Shown here: positions 11,885 to 24,692 of the stretch, piece by piece
How the letters are laid out: every line of letters begins with the position of its first letter
Numbering within the stretch: the stretch's first letter is position 1
From: Octopus sinensis
Taxonomy: Eukaryota
Reading direction: 5' to 3'
NCBI RefSeq assembly: GCF_006345805.1
Contig: NC_043012.1
Coordinates: 29,078,001 to 29,142,000, forward strand
Length of the DNA: 64,000 nt
The notes under the pieces: generated by a model
The model's database searches: none
Seen by the model: only the letters and a program-made list of their open reading frames with translations
Told to the model about the DNA's origin: nothing
Program-made: the position numbers and the translations under genes

Positions 11885-12430
11885 CTTAAATCCTTAAAAA
11901 TGTTTTAGCCCGAAGGCCGCGGCCATGCTGGGGCACCACCGCTGAATGAGCCACACTAGTTTGTGAATCCACCTCTGATACGTGGCACTTGGGCAACAAG
12001 GGAGTTCGACGCCGCTGCCCACAACTGTGTTTCCTGCCGAGATGTAGGTTCATCTGGAATCCCTGACAAGAAGAGATCCAATTTAGTTCTAAAGAAACCC
12101 ACATCCACAGCGTGCAGTTCTCTCAGGCTTTTGGGAAGGATATTGAAGAGCTGTGGTCCCCTGAAACCCAAGCTGTTGCAGTATCTGGTCCTGTATTTTG
12201 ATGGTGATGTTGGGATCTTTGGCACCATGCAGTGGCGCCCCGTTCTGCTGCTGGGGTAATTTTCAATGCTTAAAAGTAAGGTCAAGTTCGCTACAGGGTT
12301 TAAGCTAAAGAGACTGAATGGAGGATCTGGGATCAACTTAGCAAGATCGACAGGCCTAGTGTGTATAAAGGTGATAGACTGAGTCGCGCACTTCCTAATG
12401 AGAAAAGGGAGAATGAACATTATCAATACT
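11885..12430 (-). mobile_element. CR1/L2-like LINE 3' end
   Basis: RTGRHC.VPKIP...NSLGFRGPQLFNILPKSLR...FRTKLDLFLSGIPDEP, followed by a 3' tail ccccagcatggccgc. Confidence 0.65.
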
Positions 12431-12441
12431 TGAAACCGCGG

Positions 12442-12529
<88 letters not shown>

Positions 12530-12533
<4 letters not shown>

Positions 12534-13060
12534 GGTGGCTGCCCCCTCGTTATCAAGTATGGCCATTGCATGAAGCTTAATCAATGTTGTTATCGTGTTG
12601 TTATCGTGCAATGCCTGTGCAAAAAGATTTTTTTTGAGTGAGGAAAGGCTGTGCACTGAGTCAATCCCACTCACTAAGCAACAGCAGCCATAATCCGAAA
12701 AGAAGAACAAGTCAACATCATCGGTAACCACTGAGCCGCAGGTTTTATGTCGGAGTTATCCCAGTTACCTGAGTTACATTCTCCTAGAAGGATGCCCTAA
12801 CAAAGGCTAGGAGTCCTTCACTCCCAATGGTTTAACCGAGCGATCGGGTATTCAGTCCGATTATTTCTATGTCCCCGCGCATGATACATCGTTAATACAT
12901 TGAATGGCCGTTGACTCTCAAGAGTTCCTCCGCCCTTTGACGGGTTTTGTTTTTCATCCCGCAGGGTGTCCAATAAACACCCTCCTCACCAAGCAAGCTT
13001 GGTGGGGTTGCCGGTTTAGTCGCCGACGACTCGACCATGCAACAGGTTGTATTGGGTTAC
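12530..13060 (-). mobile_element. Short non-autonomous RTE-related retroposon (5'UTR-like part plus RTE-type 3' tail)
   Basis: 3' end gcaatggccatacttgataacgaggg matches the tail of the RTE at 29667-29700. The 5' part is hairpin-rich and there is no RT coding sequence. Confidence 0.45.
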
Positions 13061-13619
<559 letters not shown>

Positions 13620-13636
13620 TATATATATATATATAT

Positions 13637-14059
13637 AATTTACAAAAATAAGGGCAAAAGAAAAATTCTAATGCCAAATATGCTGAAAAAAAAGACAAAA
13701 ATTGTCATTAACCATTATAATTTATGCGTCTCGTAACAAACCGATAGAAATTTCTAAAAAATCCGTTATTACCGTATTGGTCCCAATTTCGGGGTTAATT
13801 CATAAGAATTTTCTCCTCTTCAGCGATAAATACGTGAGATATAAGTGAAATACTTACTCATACTCAAGGAAGAAGCAAGCACTAAGTCCTGAGCAGACCT
13901 AAGTACCCCAAATATATTCAAAATAGAAAATCTTCGGCACATCTCGAGAAATTTCTATCGGTTTGTTTCGAGACGCATAAATTATAATGGTTATTAACAA
14001 TCTTTTTTTTCGGCATATTTGGCATTAGAATTTTTCTTTTGCCCTTATTTTTGTAAATT
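13637..14059 (-). mobile_element. Penelope-type end with ~115-bp inverted repeats and a hammerhead in the spacer
   Basis: Arms 13637-13755 / 13947-14059, (TA)n on the left flank. Confidence 0.75.
13769..13829 (-). ncRNA. Type I hammerhead ribozyme motif
   Basis: Minus strand: ttatcg-CTGAAGA-ggag..aattc(ttat)gaatt..cccc-GAAA-ttgggaccaa-TA-cggtaa. Core intact. Confidence 0.68.
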
Positions 14060-14232
14060 ATTTATAAATTTAACTTTAAAGGTATTTTTTGATATGCTGG
14101 CCATTGATAAATTTTTTCCAGAAAAATTTTTTATCCTACATTAGTTATATACATACATATATATATATATATACTATATATATATATATATATATAATAT
14201 ATATTATATATATATATAATATATATATTATA

Positions 14233-14264
<32 letters not shown>

Positions 14265-14266
14265 TA

Positions 14267-14300
<34 letters not shown>

Positions 14301-14514
14301 ATATACACATACACACACTTACACACACACAAACCACACACACACACACACACTCACACCACACAAAAATTAGTATTAGGATAATAGAACACCTTAGATA
14401 CACATCACATGGAACATATGATATAATGTAATATATATATATAAATGTCCTAGAAATTTCACACTGCCTTGCTTTTGTTGTCTCATTTTATTTAACATAT
14501 ACATACATACATAC

Positions 14515-14598
14515 GGTCTGCAAAAGCTCAACCTCACCTCCACGTTGTGCAGACTGGGCAACGCGAACAAGCCAGCTGTGTTAGCGGCAAACGGGGCT
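14515..14598 (+). ncRNA. HDV-like ribozyme fold at the RTE 5' end
   Basis: P1 GGUCUGC/GCAGACU (G-U at position 1), L3 UCCACGU, P1.1 CC/GG, J4/2 GGCAAAC, P2 AACCUC/GGGGCU. One mismatch each in P2 and P3. Confidence 0.65.
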
Positions 14599-17500
14599 CT
14601 GACAGTCATCAAGTCCTCAACGGTGGAACAGGCGGATGAAGTTGCCTTAACAACTCAACGGCTGTGAAGGCGGACGAAGGCTGCAGCAGACCATCGACTC
14701 CAATCGTCTCGGTTTTCCATGCCATTGGGTCAAGTTGGTGGTCTGTCAAGTTTACGTGCGCTTTACTGGGCGTGCGACCTCAAGCACACGTTAAACAATT
14801 TCACGCACAGGCGTCTTCGCCACCACTCTTCTTCTTCTTTCCAAGACTTTCGGCGATCGGCGATGGATGACGGGAGCAGGCTCGTGAAAGCTGGAGGCTC
14901 CTAGTGCAGAACCGGCACGGATGCGGTGGTTACATGATTCAGTCGCTCTATCTTTCGGAAGAAGCAGGGAAGATGTTCGGCAGCAGTATCCACGACTGAG
15001 CAGCCCTGTTTGGGATCCACTCTGCTCACCCTGAATTGGGAAGGGGCTAGAAAAGGTGCCCTAAACATAGTCTGCTTCACCCCAATCCTGTCTGGAAAAC
15101 CGCGTCCAGAGGGATCACCATTATGCGGTCGAAAATCAAAATCAAGATCAAGATACGCAACGCTGAAATTTGGGACCTGGAATGTCAGGACTCTCATAGA
15201 TAACACCAACTCAGACAGACCCGAAAGGCGAACTGCAATCATCGCCCGGGAACTCCACCGATTCAATTTTGACATCGTAGCTCTCAGTGAAACCCGGAGA
15301 GCCGGAGAAGGCCGGCTGAGAGAAGGAGGCGGGCAATACACCTTTTTCTGGAAAGGTTACGATCCCGACCATCAACGGATCCATGGTGTGGGTTTTTCAA
15401 TACGAAACACCATCCTATCCAAACTGACAGAGCAGCCCATTGGAATGTTCGCGCGACTCATGACCCCCCGAATCTAGCTTGTCAAAAGTCAGCACGCAAC
15501 TATCATCAGTGCGTATGCTCCCACCCTTGACGCGGAGGATTTAGTCAAGGAAGAGTTTTACAGCCAGCTTGACAGCATTCTCTCTACCGTCCCAAAGGAC
15601 GACAAGATCATTCTCCTGGGAGATTTCAACGCCAGAGTTGGGAGAGATCGTGAACTCTGGACAGGAACCATCGGAAAGGAAGGAGTGGGAAAAGTCAATG
15701 CCAATGGAACTCTGCTACTCACTAAATGTGCTGAACATAACCTGGTGATAACCAACACCCTTTTTCGCCAGAAGAATCGATATAAGGTCTCATGGCAGCA
15801 TCCAAGATCTAAACAATGGCATCTCATCGACTATATCATCGTGAGATCCCGAGACCAGCAAGATGTGTTGCTCACCAGAGCCGCCACTGGAGCAGATGAG
15901 TGCTGGACAGATCATCGCCTCATCGCCTCCACCATGAAAATCAAACTCCGACCAAAGGTGAAATATCACAGCAAGGAAAGCAGAGTAAAGAAATTCAACA
16001 TCGAAGCACTGCAAGACCCAAAAACTCGTGTTGCTCTCCAGCAGCGTCTACAGGTCAATCTTCAAAATAAGACTCCAAACCATCTCGTCGAAGAAAATTG
16101 GAACCAGCTGAAAGAAACTATCATCACCGCTTGCGAAGAAACCATCGGTCGCAAGAAAAGGAAACACGAGGACTGGTTCGACGACAATGATGAAGCTCTC
16201 AAAGAACTGATCGACCAAAAACGGAAAGCTTTCATCAGCTCACAGAATGATCCAAAGTCTGCCACTAAACGAGAGTCTTTCAAGAAGTGCAAAACCGCAG
16301 TTCAAAGGACAACCCGCACCCTGAAGAACCAGTGGTGGAGACACAAATCTCGTGAAATCCAGCAGCTAGCAGATGTAAACGACACCAGAGGGTTCTTCAA
16401 AGCCACGAGGGAAATATACGGACCTTCCACACATGGACAGGCTCCTCTGAAGAGTAAAGACGGAGCGACCATCCTGAAAAGCAACACCGAAATAGGAGAC
16501 AGGTGGAGAGAACACTTCGATGACCTCCCCAATCACAAAGCTACCATCGACAAAAGCATACTTGACATGATCCCTAAAGAGGCCAAAGATTACTCTCTCG
16601 CTCAAATCCTCGAAGAGGTAAAAATTGCTATCACAGCGATGAAGAACAACAAAGCCGCGGGTCCGGACGGAATCCCAGCTGAGATCTACAAACTGGGAGG
16701 TGATTTTGTCCAACACCAGCTCCACCAACTCTTGGTCAAAATCTGGACAAATGAAGTTGTACCATCCGACTTCAGGGATGCCAACATCATTACCATTTAC
16801 ACTCGTCCTGAGTGTGGAAATTACCGGGGTATTTCCTTATTGGCAACTGCTGGGAAGATTCTTGCACGCATCCTGAACAACCGTCTCAGAACGCTGTCAG
16901 AAAGGATCCTTCCTGAGACACAGACCGGCTTTAGGCCATCACGAAGCACAACCGACATGATCTTCACGCTGCGACAGCTACAAGAAAAATGTCGTGAGCA
17001 ACACCAACCGCTCTACTTGGCCTTTATCGACCTATCCAAAGCCTTTGATCGTGTCTCGTGAGAGCTCCTCTGGGATATTCTCGCCCAGTATGGATGCCCA
17101 GATAAGTTCATCCGGATCCTCAAACTCCTCCACGACAATATGCACGCCAGAGTCCAGACCGACGGAGGCAGTTCTGAGCCCTTTAAAGTCACCTCCGGAG
17201 TGAAGCAAGGCTGTGTGATAGCGCCAACTCTCTTTACCATCTTTATCGCGACAGTGTTGCACATAATACGAGATGACCTTCCACCTGGCATCGAGATCTC
17301 GTACAGAATGGACGGCAAGCTTTTCAACCTCGCTCGCCTCAAAAGTACGTCAAAGACAATGGTGCGAAGCTTGCTAGAGTTCCAATATGCCGACGACAAC
17401 AGTGTAGCAGCTCACAGAGAGGATCACCTTCAACAGATCCTAAATGCTTTTCATCATGCATATACTAAACTTGGACTGAGCATCAACATCAAGAAGACTC

Positions 17501-18392
17501 ACTTACTCTACCAACCTCCCCCCAATGCCCGTGTTGACAACCCGCCATCGATTCAACTCGAAGGAAATCCACTGGAAAATGTGAACCCCTTCTGCTACCT
17601 TGGGAGCCATCTGTCAGCAAAGGTAGACCTCAGCGATGAAATCCAACAACGTCTGAAGTGTGCAGGAACAGCTTTCGGCAAGCTTCGAACAAGAGTTTTT
17701 GCTGATCGGGACATCCGAACCGAAACCAAACTCATGGTGTACAGGGCAGTCATTATTCCAACCCTCCTTTACGAATCCGAAACCTGGACCCCGTATAGTC
17801 ACCACCTGAAAACGCTCGAGAAATTTCACCAACGCTGTCTTCGGAAGATCCTCAACATCAGCTGGGAAGACAGAAGAACTAACGTCAGCGTGCTACAAGA
17901 AGCAAAAATGACCAGCATCGAAGCCTATGTCATCAAAGGCCAACTAAGATGGAGCGGCCATGTGGTTAGAATGACTGACGAACGACTTCCCAAACAGATC
18001 TTCTACTCCCAACTCAAAGACGGCAAGCGTACAAAAGGAGGCCAGAAGAAACGCTACAAGGACTCCCTGAAATCGAATCTCAAAAAGTGTGACATTGACT
18101 TCACCAACTGGGAGGAAACGGCAAAAAAACAAACCACTCTGGAAAACCACCATCCATGAGGGAACGGCGAATTTCGAGTCGAAAAGGTCTGCAGAGCTGG
18201 AGGAGAAAAGACGACGACGGAAGGAGCGCCAACAACAACCACGTGCGACTCTCCCTTCCGGCACTAGATGTCCGCACTGTGACCGATCTTTTCGAGCAAG
18301 AATTGGTCTTATCAGTCACCTGCGGACTCACCAATAAATTTGCGCGAAGACCATCATCCTCGACCTTGAGGGATTGCCATAGTAGTAGTAGT
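14515..18392 (+). mobile_element. Near-full-length RTE-clade LINE (APE-RT-C2H2), recently disabled
   Basis: One frame 15010-18159: FGTWNVRTL...ALSETR, YRGISLL, GFRPSRST, FIDLSKAFDRV, GVKQGC, QYADD. In-frame stops at 15475 and 17059 and a frameshift near 18125. Ends CPHC..HLRTH, then a (TAG)n tail. (CATA)n lies on both flanks. Confidence 0.95.
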
Positions 18393-18408
18393 ACATACAT
18401 ACATGCAT

Positions 18409-18502
<94 letters not shown>

Positions 18503-18535
18503 CTCAAAATAAGCAACAAGAATGACTCCGGTAAT

Positions 18536-18621
18536 TTGGTACGATCGTTTCGTACTACATCATTTTATTAAATGTTGTAAGTATTACAACAGAGTTGAGA
18601 TGCTGAGTACTCATCAGCCAA
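18536..18621 (-). ncRNA. Type I hammerhead ribozyme in the inverted 5' pseudo-LTR
   Basis: Reverse-complement copy of 27899-27984 with identical core and stems I and III. Confidence 0.8.
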
Positions 18622-20133
18622 TTATAGAGGTTTTCCATTAATACAAAAATTTTATAATATTAGGAATTATACGGGGTAGAATATTGTCCAAAATAGATTT
18701 GCTAAGTCGGCCAATGTCCAACTTAGTTGGACATATGAGTCTTACCGAGGGGTTTTCGGAGATTTAGCAAATCTATTTTGAACAATATTCTACTCCGTAT
18801 CTCCCCTGAGTCTATGGATTAATACAGATGAGGTGATAGGTTGGTTTAAATCTCTAGATAACACTAATAAAATTTCTTTTATCCAATTTGATATTAACAA
18901 TTACTATTCTAGTATATCCCCCATTCTACTTAATAAATCGCTTATTTTTGCTAAGAACCGCTCTCTCATATCTAGGGAGGAAATTGACATCATCCTATTA
19001 GCTAGAAAATCTATCATCGAATTTGAAGGTAAATTATGGACTAGGGCGGATACCCCTAATAATTTTGATATACCTATGGGCTCTAGTGACTCGGCGGAGA
19101 TAACGAATCTGGTGGGAGCATACTTATTAAAATGCATAAACAGAGATATCCCAGAATTACAAGGTGGTCTATATAGGGATGATGCTTTGTTTGTTGTACC
19201 TAGCAATAATAAATCAAGTATTGAGAGGATAAAAAAGAGAATTAGCAAATGTTTCAAAGATTTTAACCTAGGCATTACTTTTGAACTTGACACTAAGATA
19301 GTTAATTTCCTAGACGTTACCTTAGACCTAAATTCAAAGTTACATTACCCATTTAGAAAGGGGGGCGAAGTCACTAGATATGTAAGTAAGTCATCTAATC
19401 ACCCCCCGAATATACTAAAATCATTAGTTAAAAATATTTCTCAAAGAATTTCAAAATTATCATCAAATAGTGAAATCTTTAACTCTCACTCTAACCATTA
19501 CAATATCGCATTATCCAAGGCTGGATATGACCAGGAAATCACCTTCCTTGATATGGGTAGCTCAAATCTCCTAAATAATATAGTGAATGTAAATGACGTA
19601 AGTAATATAAACTCTCATACCCTACATAAACGTAAATTAATAGAGAAAAGAAACCTAGTGTATAAGCCTAATTATAGGAATAAAAATAGTGAACAGATCA
19701 AAAAATAAATATGAAAATGCTAACCTAGATAAACCCGATAGGCATAAAAATAGTACTAAAAGGAATAATAATTCTCGTACGAATACTGATAACACTAATC
19801 CTTCCCACTCTTACTTAAACAAAAAATATAAAAGAGAAAATATCATTTTGCTAAATATCCCCTTTAATTGTACGATCTCGACGAATGTGTACAGTAGATT
19901 TAAATCTATACTGGAAAAAAATTTCCCAGCCTCCCATAAATATCATAAAATAATTTCTAGGAGATCAGTAATAATTTCATATTCCACTCTCCCGAACATG
20001 GCTACCATAATAGCTAGACTTAATAGTAAAAACATTAAGTTAGCCAGGAGTAGAATGAATAGTAACAACAATGATAGTAATAATAATTGTAATAATAGCA
20101 TTAACAATTGTAATAATAATAATAATAATAATA

Positions 20134-20177
<44 letters not shown>

Positions 20178-20723
20178 GTAATAATAAAAATAATATTAAT
20201 AATGATGATAATAATAATTTACAGGCTTAAAAACTTGATTATATTCACTTTTCTCTGGACGAACACACAAATGATCATCTTTAAAAACTTTAATATCTAC
20301 AATCTTATGAAAATAAAAATTTAAAATTGCTAAACACACAAACGATCATCTTTAATTGTATTGTGAATAGCCAAATATGAAAAAAACCCAGAAATTTCTA
20401 CAAGAACACTCTTAAACGCCGCCGGATAACTAATTTAAGCAATTTATATATATAGAAATTATATATATATGTGAGCGTGAGTGTGTGTATTTTATTTCTG
20501 TCTTTCTATCGGTAATTAAAACGCACAAGGTGAGTTGGTAGTAAACACATATTTGACCTCTGCTGACCGCTCCTTTGCTGGACCACATGGGTACAATCAC
20601 TCTTTCACCCCTCGCCTACTCCTATTGAGTCTATTTATAGACTAACGATATCTAACCGTATGACTGCCATCCTGCCTATCTACTGCCAACCTGCCCTCTC
20701 CTTCCTCTAAATAATAATAATAA

Positions 20724-23700
20724 TACACTGTTGCCATGACTACAAGGAGTGACCACAGGCCGGCTACGGCTGCTATAATGGTACGATTATAATTGTAACA
20801 GCAATGATGGCCGTCTCCCCGCGAGCCACTCAGAGCTCAAAAATGATAACATTATCGTAGCACCAAAATGTCTTTGGAAGCTAAAAGGAAAACTAAATCA
20901 GTATACCAAATCGCTTGTCCTATGGTTAATCTGGAAGCGCCTCCCCCAGGGAAGAGCCAGCCTGGGATCGAAAAGTCATCAACTGGCACAAACTCTTCTC
21001 CGAATACGGACATGGATGGTCACTTGAACGGGAAATTCCCCAACTCGAACCCTCCAAGTTCACCACCACAACCACCACAGAAAGAAAATGTAAGCGGAAC
21101 AAATGGACCCGAGAAGAGTATAAAGAAGCAATATACGCTTATTACTATGCATTAGGTAGGCCATCTCAAGAGAGACACTGCAAACTCTTACAGTATATGG
21201 AGAACACGGAATCAAGACAGTAGACCCTATTTGGATGAGAACAAATTGGCAAATGTGAGGAGGGATATCCTTAGAAATAACAGACTCACAGACAGTGAAA
21301 TAAGCGCGATCAAGCACGCAACGGAAAATGACATAAATATAAGACAAAGGAAATGAAGAATCAGATGAAAAGAATAGCCCGCCACGAGGCTTAATTGAAA
21401 GACTGCTATCTGCACGCAAAGGCCTGAAGATACAAGAAATTCTATTGAACCTGTTAAAGATAGTCAGGAAAATGATAAAACAACAGTAACTGAAGATCTC
21501 GCATTTGCTGAAGAACACAGAGAGTCTATGGCAGAAATGAGGCAGAAAATCCTGAATACGCTTAAAGTTGTAAGACATACAAGTATGAATGATAGGGAGC
21601 CACTTCATAAACTCTCAAACACAAACCAAAATAAAAAACAAATAAAAATTGGCAACTATGTAACAAATGAAATAATACAAGAATTAAAACCTGATTTTAC
21701 TGAGTTAAATGAAATTATTTACGCTTCTGCTAGGACAATTAAAACCAGCTGTATGCCCCCGAAAAAACAAAGAAAACCAAACCTGGGAAGAAATCAAACC
21801 TGGAGAAGTAAAATTGAAAAAGAGATTGAATTTATGAGAGGGTAAATCCAGAACAGGAAGAAAGATGAAGAGAAAATTTGGATCCTCACCAAGAGAAGAA
21901 CTGATATCAATAAAAGAAACGCTGAAACAAAAAGTCCAAGCAAAAGCCCAAAGAATACGAAGATTTGAGAAGAGAAACAAGTTTTACAAGCAAAATAAGA
22001 TGTTCACATCCAATGCCAAAAAATTCTACAGAGAAATAGGGAAGGAGAAAGTAACCGTTAAAGACCCCCCTCCCATGGAAGAAGTTCAACACTTTTGGAA
22101 AAGGATTTGGAGTACGTCTGTACATCATAAATGCTGACTGGATTATACAAACTGAAGGATCCTACCAAAATTTACAACAACAAGCATGGGAAGACATCAC
22201 AATAGCAGACCTAAGAAAGGCACTCACGAAGGCCCATAATTGGAAATCCCCCGGTAAAGATGGGTGCCGAATTTCTGGCTCTCATCGCTCCCATGCGCAC
22301 ACGGTAAGCTAGTTCAGCTGCTCAATGGAATTATGAGAGACCCAAAGAAAACACCTGAATGGTTAGCAAGTGGTATTACTTACCTACTCCCAACGAATAA
22401 CGAAACCAAACTTCCAAAAAACTATCGGCCTTTAACCTGTTTATCCACCACGTATAAAATCCTAACATCTATCCTGGCGGAGAAAACATATGCATTCATG
22501 GAGAAGAACGATATTTTCCCCATTAAACAAAAAGGGTGCCGCCGAGGCTCATACGGATGCAAAGATCAACTGCTAATTAATCGTATGATCCTTGAGAACT
22601 GTCACAACAAGCGCAGAAATCCCAGCTCCGCATGGATTGACTATAAAAAGGCCTTCGACAGTATACCGCATTCATGGATCTTGAAATCGCTGGACATCTT
22701 CAAAATTTCCCCTGTGATTTCAAGCTTCCTGAAGCATAATATGTCGTTGTGGAATACGAATCTCCAGTTATACCACTCTAATGGAGTACTTGCCTCAGAG
22801 AATATAAACATCAACTGTGGCATTTTTCAAGGTGACTCACTTTCACCTCTAATATTCTGCATAGCCCTAATACCTCTTACAAGGGAATTAAACAGAACAG
22901 GGTATGGGTATAAAATTGTTAATAAAAAAATAAGCCATCTATTTTATATGGATGACTTAAAACTCTATGGTAAAGACGATAAGGAACTTGAAGGCCTATT
23001 GCGCACTGTGAAAGCATTCAGTGATGACATCGGGATGGAGTTTGGGCTTGAGAAGTGTGCCAAGGCCACTTTCCAGAAAGGGAAAGTGAAGACCACAAAT
23101 TCAGTCGTGTTGGATGTTGACACAGTCATAAGAGAGCTTGAGCAAGAACAAACCTACAAATATTTAGGGATAAATGAAAGCTCTGGTATTCAGCATGAAA
23201 GCATGAAAGAGAAGATCAGGAAGGAATGCTATAGGAGAGTTCGAGCAGTCCTGAAATCCGAACTAAATGCACGTAACAAGGTGTTAGCTATAAATTCCTT
23301 AGCAGTTCCAGTTGTTACTTATAGCTACAATGTGTTGAACTGGAATATGAGTGAAGTAAAGAAAATAGATAGGAAAATACGCAAGCTGCTGAGTTGTAAT
23401 AGGATGCACCACCCAAAGGCAGACGTAGATCGCCTTTACCTCACCAGAGCCCAAGGAGGTCGAGGCCTGATCCAATTTGAACTAGCTTACAAAACAACCA
23501 CAATTGGACTGGCCAAATATCTTGAAATAACGAATGACTAGATGCTAAAGCTCGTGGAAAATCACGAGAGACGAAAGAAGCTTCATTCTATCATAAAGGA
23601 AAGCAAAAAATTTGCTATTGATCTCGTGCAGGATACTCAAACTGAACAACCCGAGGGAAGTACGGCAACTGTTGTTGCAAAGAAGGTGAAAATAATGGCA

Positions 23701-24676
23701 ACGAAAAAAGCGCACGAGCAATTGGCTGATAGGTGGGAGGAGAAACCTCTGCACGGCAAATATGTGGCCCGCAGCAAACAAGCTGATGTTGACCAGAAGC
23801 AAACCCATCAGTGGCTACGGAATTCAGGGCTAAAAGCAGAGAGCGAAGGTTTCATCCTGGCTGCTCAAGATCAAAGCCTATTAACCCGGAACTACCAGGC
23901 CAATGTGATGAAAAATGGAGCAGACCCAAAATGCCGATTCTGCAACGACATGATTGAAACAGTGGACCACTTAATCTCTGGATGTAAAGTCTTAGCACCA
24001 GTGGAGTATAAATTAAGACATGACAGAGTTGGCCAATATCTCCACTGGCTAATAAGTCGGCATTACAATATCAAAACTGCCGACAAGTGGTATAATCACC
24101 ACCCTGAAGCTGTAACTGAAGGAGAAAATGTAACGGTTCCGTGGGACTTTCCAGTACATACAGACCGAACCATCAAGGTCAATAAACCAGATATCGTTGT
24201 GAAAGACCAAAACAATAAAGTTTGCTTATTGATCGTCATGAGCATCCCCTGTGATCATAATATCTCAGCGAAAGAGTTTGACAAGCTCAAAAATATAAAG
24301 ACCTGCTCATTAAAATTGAGAAAATGTGGCATCTCAAGGCGGTTACAATACCAGTGATCATAGGAGCACTAGGAATGATCAAGAAGGGAACCGAAAATTA
24401 TATGAGAATGATCCCTGGCTTACCATCCCAGCAAGAAGTGCAAAAGATTGTCTTAACTGGTACATCTTACGTATTGAGAAGAGATTGTCGATGTGAGAAC
24501 TATTACTACCCATATATTTTAATTTAACCTTATTTCTATAAAAAAAAAAAGAAATGAACGAACTAGTGAGTTTAGGTTAATGGTCTACCAATGTATACTA
24601 TGAGTTTCTTTGCCCTAAGAGTCGGGAAGACACTTGGCAAGAAATGGAAGCAAATTTGAAAGAAGAAGAAAAACCC
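20724..24676 (+). mobile_element. R4/Dong-clade non-LTR retrotransposon (RT + CCHC + restriction-like endonuclease), disabled
   Basis: KWTREEYKE N-terminus; RT WIDYKKAFDS, GIFQGDSLSP, HLFYMDDLKLY; C-terminal CRFC...HLISGC..HD and KPDIVVKD. (TAA)n on both sides; several stops and frameshifts. Confidence 0.9.
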
Positions 24677-24692
24677 ATAATAATAATAATAA

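Noticed and set aside
20730-20830. HDV-like ribozyme at the R4/Dong 5' end
   Set aside because: Only a 5-bp P1 and a short P3 could be drawn; no P1.1 or J4/2 motif.
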